Shown here piece after piece: positions 58,982 through 64,000 of a stretch of DNA of 64,000 nucleotides. Where the stretch lies: positions 4,588,001 through 4,652,000 of the forward strand of contig CAKKNE010000002.1 of NCBI GenBank assembly GCA_918797485.1, read 5' to 3'. The notes beneath the pieces were generated by a model, which had not been told where the DNA came from, did not search any database, and saw nothing but the letters and a program-made list of their open reading frames with translations. The position numbers were made by a program, and so were the translations under genes. Position 1 is the first letter of the stretch; each line of letters starts with the position of its first letter. Origin of the DNA: Pelagomonas calceolata. Its lineage: Eukaryota.

Positions 58982-60067
58982 TCAGACTTTTCCCATTTCC
59001 ACCGCGTCCCCGATCTGGTCGTAGCCGCCCTTCGACCCCCTCAATGGATTCGGGATGGACGGCATCGACGTGCGCATCGCTGGAGGGCGAGAAGGCACGT
59101 CGACGAACTGCGCGCCGCCCAGCGCCTCGCGCTTCCGCCGCTTCACAATGGCCTGGCGGATGGCGCAGGCCGTGATCGCCGCGGCGACGAGCGCGATCAG
59201 GATCGCGGCCGTCGACGACGCGTCGGCCGACGCGGCGCCGAACGGCGTCGGCGCCAGCGTGCCGTCGTCGTCGTCATCATCGCTGCGCAGCGGCCGCGTG
59301 CTGATCACATCACCGCCGTGGCTGGCCATATGTGGCGGCGCCGTCGGTCGATTCCCCGAGGAGTAGGCCGCCGCCCAGCTGGACGGCACGCAGGCGGCGT
59401 CCGCGCTCCGCGAGACGACGCCGCCGCAGGCGTCGCAGTCGTTGCCGATACATTTAGTATCGTGCGCGCACTGACAGAGGGGGCATAGAGTGGTGGCGTC
59501 GAGGGGGCCCGCCCGGTCCGACAGGTAGGAGCCGCCGCCACATTGGTAGGTACCGTGAAAGGGGCCTGCGATGGCCGCCGAGCGCGCGGGGCAGAAGCCG
59601 GCCATGCTGCCCCAACCCACACACTGCGCGTGCACCTCGCGAGCCGCACATTTGATGGCTGTGGCCGAATCGCACTCGATGACGACCGTGGCGCCGCCAC
59701 TTTCGCTGTGACAATCGAACGAGTCCGCCCAGGCCTCGCAGGCCGGCAGGTCGGACGTGGCTTCGAGCTGCACCTTCAGAGGCCTTCCGTCGAGGCATGG
59801 AATAGACACATCACCTAAGGCGTCGACCTCGCCGCGCCACGTCGGCACATCGACCACAGCTCTCACCTTAGGATAGGTCAGCGTCGCCTTCTGGGCGCAG
59901 CGGTTGGCCACGCGGAACTCGGCGCCGCTCGGCGGCGACTCGTGCGGCAGCTGCGACGGCGCCTTGCCCTCGAGTTCCTTGCCTTTTTTTTCTACAGAAC
60001 CTTCGCTTGGCAGCGAGGGCGACGCGGCTGCGAGCGCGATAATGACTGCTAGTGTGTGGGCGCGCAT
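58982..60067 (-). CDS. Cys-rich type I membrane protein, hypothetical
   Basis: Signal peptide MRAHTLAVIIALAAA, Cys-rich ectodomain, TM AAILIALVAAAITACAI, basic stop-transfer KRRKR and a short cytosolic tail. Confidence 0.75.
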   Translation of the reverse strand: MRAHTLAVIIALAAASPSLPSEGSVEKKGKELEGKAPSQLPHESPPSGAEFRVANRCAQKATLTYPKVRAVVDVPTWRGEVDALGDVSIPCLDGRPLKVQLEATSDLPACEAWADSFDCHSESGGATVVIECDSATAIKCAAREVHAQCVGWGSMAGFCPARSAAIAGPFHGTYQCGGGSYLSDRAGPLDATTLCPLCQCAHDTKCIGNDCDACGGVVSRSADAACVPSSWAAAYSSGNRPTAPPHMASHGGDVISTRPLRSDDDDDDGTLAPTPFGAASADASSTAAILIALVAAAITACAIRQAIVKRRKREALGGAQFVDVPSRPPAMRTSMPSIPNPLRGSKGGYDQIGDAVEMGKV

Positions 60068-60561
60068 CGCTGCCGTGTCGCGCGCGCGGCGTTTCTGCGA
60101 CTGGCGCTAAGTGGTGCTCTCTTGCGCGGCGAATTTCCGCCTCGCTTCGTGCGGTGCGTCAACGCCGTATGTAAGACGTGTGCACGGTGAACTCTGCGTG
60201 ACCAGTAAGCCGGTTTTGAGGCGGTGCGCAGCGATTTCTCTCCTTTGCGAGCAGCGCGATTATCTAGCGTACCGTGAGATACTAGCAATGTATACCTATC
60301 TGATACTTCATCTATCATACTTATAATAAGAAATAAAATTAAGGAATACCAAGAAGAGACTTCTGACCTGCTTGGCTTACCCAACGTGGTAAGGTAAAGT
60401 ACTTACTACCTAGGACCCCTATACATCTATACATATGTAGGGGCAAAATTTTTCTTGGATGAGAAAACCGGCCGGTCCTGTCTGTTCTGTTCGTTCTGTT
60501 TGTTGGGTTGCTATGGAAAACGAGATATTAGCCGGCGGTACGCCGTCGCCGCGACCGCTCG

Positions 60562-61333
60562 CTACACGGCGAGCTCCGCCGGCAGGAAGTACCGGAACGC
60601 GTCGCGCAAATCGTCGTCCCGGCCGCGCGCGAAGAGGCGGTCCATGGACCGCGCGACCTGCTTCTCCGACAGGAGCCCCTGGTCGTAGCGGCGGAGCGTG
60701 GCCAGGGCCTCGGCGTGGGCCGTAGGACCCAAACCGCGGCGGAGCTCCTCCAAAAACTCGGCGACGAGCCGCGACTCGTCTTCATCAACAGCGATGATGC
60801 CGGCGTCGTCCTCGTCGTCGGTGTTGGGATCGGGATCGCCGACGACGAGGAAGTAGCGCGCGACCTGTGCGGTACGTCGCGTCGATGGCGTGGCGCCACG
60901 AAGAGTTGATTTCCGCGATTTCCGCACGGCGCGATACGACGCGCCGCAACCGCGTGCCGACGGATTTTCGGATCTTATCTAAATCGTCGCCGTACTTGCG
61001 CACGGCGCGCTCGAATTTTTGAGAAGTCTCCGGCGACCAGTCCTTGCCCCGTATCGCCATCTCGCGCTCGAGCGCCGCGGGGTCCTCCACAAACGACCCG
61101 CCCCGCCCCTCGGCGGGCGGCGGGCGGCGCCGGTCGAGCCGCGGCAGCGACGCCTGGTGCCGCGGCCCAATTTTTATTTTGGCGTGGCTCCAGTCCGTCT
61201 TGTTCGAGAGCGGCCGCGGCCGCGGGCGGCTCTCCTTGCGGACCGCGGTGTGCATCGCGCGGTCGGCCTCTTTTTCCGCGGCCGCATAGAAACCCTCGGG
61301 CAGTTTGCCGGGGCGGCGGCGGGCGGCGAGCAT
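60562..61333 (-). CDS. ELM2-like + SANT/Myb + PAH-like small nuclear protein; exons 61333-60938 and 60864-60562, about 232 aa
   Basis: KIKIGPRHQASLP (ELM2 start), WSPETSQKFERAVRKYGDDLDKIRKSVGTRLRRV|VARYFL (SANT) and FLEELRR...LATLRRYDQGLLSEKQVARSMDRLF...DLRDAFRYFLP (PAH-like). Confidence 0.75.
60865..60937 (-). mobile_element. Introner-type intron, 73 nt, GT-AG, phase 0
   Basis: TSD gtatcgcg vs gtcgcgcg (6/8). TIRs ccgtgcgg / ccgcacag. Core acgccatcgacgcg. Confidence 0.9.
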
Positions 61334-61922
61334 CGTGGTTCGGCGGCGCGCTCGCGGCGTGTTTTGAGGGTTCGCCCTCGCGTTGCGGCGGTGTCGCGCG
61401 CGCAGCGAATCGACCTGTTTTACTCGGGTCACTCTGAGAGAGCAGGTTGCAACTTGCAACTTGCAAGCTCTCCTGAGCCCGGCGATTATCAATGCGGCGT
61501 TGCGTCGCGCGTACTTGGCGATCTGCGTTATTTACGCAACACACTGATCGATGCCTAAGAAAAAAGTTGCGCTGGGCTCGTAAAACCCGTTTTGTTTTTC
61601 GGAGTTCTCTTCCGGTGAAGCATGCATGCTTCTCCACAGGGATGGCTCCCCGGGCTACAGCTTGCCTTCCATTTATGATTTCTCCTCTCCGCAGGCATCT
61701 GGAGGGGGGGAGCAAAAAGCTGCAAAAACGAAGCCATTCCTGGGTTCGCCTTGGCAGCAAGTGCCACAAAAGAAGCCAATCAATTGCCCATCAATACCGA
61801 TCGAGCGCGGAGCTGTCTATCGTGCATTCGGCAGCTCCAGGCAGAGATCTCTGCTGTGCGCTCGGGAACAGGGAGAGTTTCGGCAACCGCGCGAGACAGC
61901 CGAAAGGCTGCGCGGCTGACAC

Positions 61923-61989
61923 CGCGGCCGGCCCTGCATAGCTAGCACCGCAAAACACGCGGCCGGCCCTGCAGCTAGCACCGCAAAAC
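61923..61989. repeat. Two-copy tandem duplication (34/32 nt) just upstream of the PH-PDZ ATG
   Basis: cgcggccggccctgca(ta)gctagcaccgcaaaac at 61923-61956 and 61958-61989. Confidence 0.8.
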
Positions 61990-62000
61990 CGCGCGTCAAA

Positions 62001-64000
62001 ATGAGCGGCATCCCGCGCAGTAGGGAAGGCGAGCTCCTCAAAAAAGAAAAGGGCCCCTTGGGAGCGAAGTGGACGCGGAAACTCGTCGTTGTTGATGGAA
62101 GAAAAGGCACGGTAAGGTATCATCGGCCGACGGACGACAAGAGCGATGTTCCCAGAAAAATCTTCCATTTGAAGTCCATGACGCTCATTGAAGATTGCAT
62201 GGGCCCGAAGAAAGCCCCCCACGCTCTAGAATTGAGGGATCTCAAGGGCTATTCTCTTATTTTAGCTTGCGAGAGAGGTGCAGGAGAAAAAGAGGCCTGG
62301 CGGAGCCTGTTAGCACCCTTATGTGCGGGCGGCACGCCTGTTGCTGCAGCTCGCACGGCATCGACGGACTGGGTCGATCCACAATCAAAACCACCGGAGG
62401 AGGACGAGCCGTGGCCCGTGCCGCAAACTTTTGACAGTGCTCTGGCCAAGCCGTTCGAGACCTACGAGGCGACCTTCCTGCCGGACCAACCGCTGGGTAT
62501 CCAACTACGACTCGAACCGGAGGTGGATGGGAAGCGCGCCATCCTCGTGCTCGAGGTCAAGGACACGTGTCCGCAGAAAGGTACTATACAATCGGGCGAC
62601 GAGTTGGTAGGGGTACAAAATGAACCGCCCTTGACACCACGAACGACCGATGAATTCAAGAAGTGCACGACCGAACTGGCGCGAAAACCGAGACCATTGG
62701 TACTAGTTTTCCGGCGGGAGGTCAGTGAGACGCCGTTCGACGAGCCCGACGACTCGCCCAAGGTCCGCGACGCAGCGTCCTTACGCCATCGACGCGACTC
62801 GGCTCCATCTTCTGAGCCAATTCATTCGCGTCGGGGCCTCGCGTCAATGGCGTCTTCACGAGACCGCGCCGCCGCGACGCCGTCATAATGATCACAACGC
62901 AGGCGCCCTCCTTCGACGAGGCCCCTCCTTCACATGTCGTGGACGAGCCCGTGCGGCTGAACGCGACGTGCGAGCAGCCGCCTACGTCGTTAACTCTCTG
63001 TTTGGCTCGTAGTGATGAATTTTCGCGCGCGTGTGTCCGAGTCGAGAAAGGATCATGTGCTGGGTTACAGGTATTAGATGACCTCGTGGCCCTGGACGCG
63101 GAGGACCTGACGCTCGTCGACGCGGAGACAGCTCTAGAACGCCTGACGCAGCGATTGATGCGGGGACCCTTTCCTTGCAGGGTCGGCGTGCTGAGGAGGC
63201 CGAGCGTCTTCAGCCTCGAGTTCCCCGACGACGGGAGGCCTCTTGGTGTCGTATTACGACTGATAACACCTCCCACGGGCGGCGCGTCGCGCGTTCTAGT
63301 GGAGAGTATACATAGAGACGACGGGCCGGCGGGGGAATTAGAACCGAGGAATGATGAATTGGTGGCGATCGAGGGCGAGCCCATTGGCCGGGACTGCGGG
63401 CCGGCCGACTTTGATGCTTTATTACTCAAATTGAAGGGTGCTGCAAGACCGCTCAAACTCACATTCGTGCGCGCGGGGAGCATGTCCCAGGACCCGCGCG
63501 ACGCCACGATTTATGGAAGAGCCGTCATCGAGGAGCCGCCTGTATCCTTCGAGGAAACCAGAGCGGCGGCGATGTCGCCGTCAGCGGCCTTCGGGGCTCC
63601 GGTCGATCCCGTGGCAGCAGATGATGGAAGTGACTGGGGCGACCCTCCTCCTTCAACGGACGATTCTTCATCCGACGAGGGCGCCGCAATTGGTGTGGAT
63701 GCGAACATCGTGGAAGTCTCCGACGACGCGGCGGCCGTCTCTGATGAAGAGCCGCCGCCTCCACCCATCGTCGTGCCGCCGGTCGCCGACGTCCCGGCGC
63801 CGACGCCGTCGAAGCTCGCGGCATTTATGGCCAGCACGCCGAACCCCACGTCGCCGACCGCGTGAAAATCAAATTTCAGGCGTCTCACGCGACATGAGGA
63901 CCTCAATCACTGGTTGATGTCCACGCAGGTCGCCGAAGCCCACAAGTCAACAGACGCCGTCGCCGCCGCCGCCTCCCCAGGACGAGTCCCCGGGCGAACT
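62001..64000 (+). CDS. PH + PDZ-like domain protein, 3'-truncated by the window; exons 62001-62762, 62903-63849 and 63929->64000
   Basis: PH domain REGELLKKEKGPLGAKWTRKLVVV...EKEAWRSLL. PDZ-like PLGIQL...IQSGDELVGVQ...RPLVLVFRR and PLGVVL...NDELVAIEG...RPLKLTFVR. Frames join across two introns. Confidence 0.8.
62763..62902 (+). mobile_element. Introner-type intron, 140 nt, GT-AG, phase 0
   Basis: gtccgcga-cgcagcgtccttacgccatcgacgcg...caacgcag|gcgccctc. Joins ORFs 62001 and 62888 in frame. Confidence 0.85.
63850..63928 (+). mobile_element. Introner-type intron, 79 nt, GT-AG, phase 2
   Basis: Perfect TSD gtcgccga at 63850-63857 and 63929-63936. TIRs ccgcgtgaaaatcaa / ttgatgtccacgcag (12/15). 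The frame stays open to the window end after splicing. Confidence 0.92.

Noticed and set aside
1..64000. Prokaryotic origin, or an autonomous transposase/integrase mobilising the introners
   Set aside because: Spliceosomal introns, myosin, kinesin, Timeless and proteasome genes show a eukaryotic nucleus. No DDE transposase, reverse transcriptase or recombinase motifs were recognised in any ORF.

Overview
GC-rich, gene-dense eukaryotic nuclear DNA. The gene content and the TIR/8-bp-TSD intron type point to a pelagophyte stramenopile alga such as Pelagomonas or Aureococcus (inferred, not database-checked). There are about 30 protein genes, often in divergent pairs. Three non-coding signals stand out. 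(1) All 12 coding-region introns I could reconstruct look like one family of transposon-derived introner elements. The splice donor lies in an 8-nt target-site duplication and the acceptor is the end of a terminal inverted repeat (...RCRCAG). They range from perfect TSDs to fully decayed ones. (2) A tRNA-Val(UAC) gene on the minus strand (18848-18947) is split by a 27-nt intron at the non-canonical position 12/13. The intron folds into an archaeal-type bulge-helix-bulge motif and contains a T7 run. (3) A bipartite quasi-palindromic motif, CTAGTGTCTWW-N1-6-CGCTAGC, occurs seven times, always upstream of genes. Splicing out the introners reveals architectures the ORF track hides: a myosin-Tubby fusion, a CNBD-family channel without a GYG filter but with Tudor-like and SAM domains, and an ELM2-SANT-PAH protein. 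The window also encodes a SAP-10xTudor-CXXC-MBD chromatin reader, a NACHT/EF-hand giant, and signal-peptide-bearing RlmJ and proteasome beta-3 homologues.
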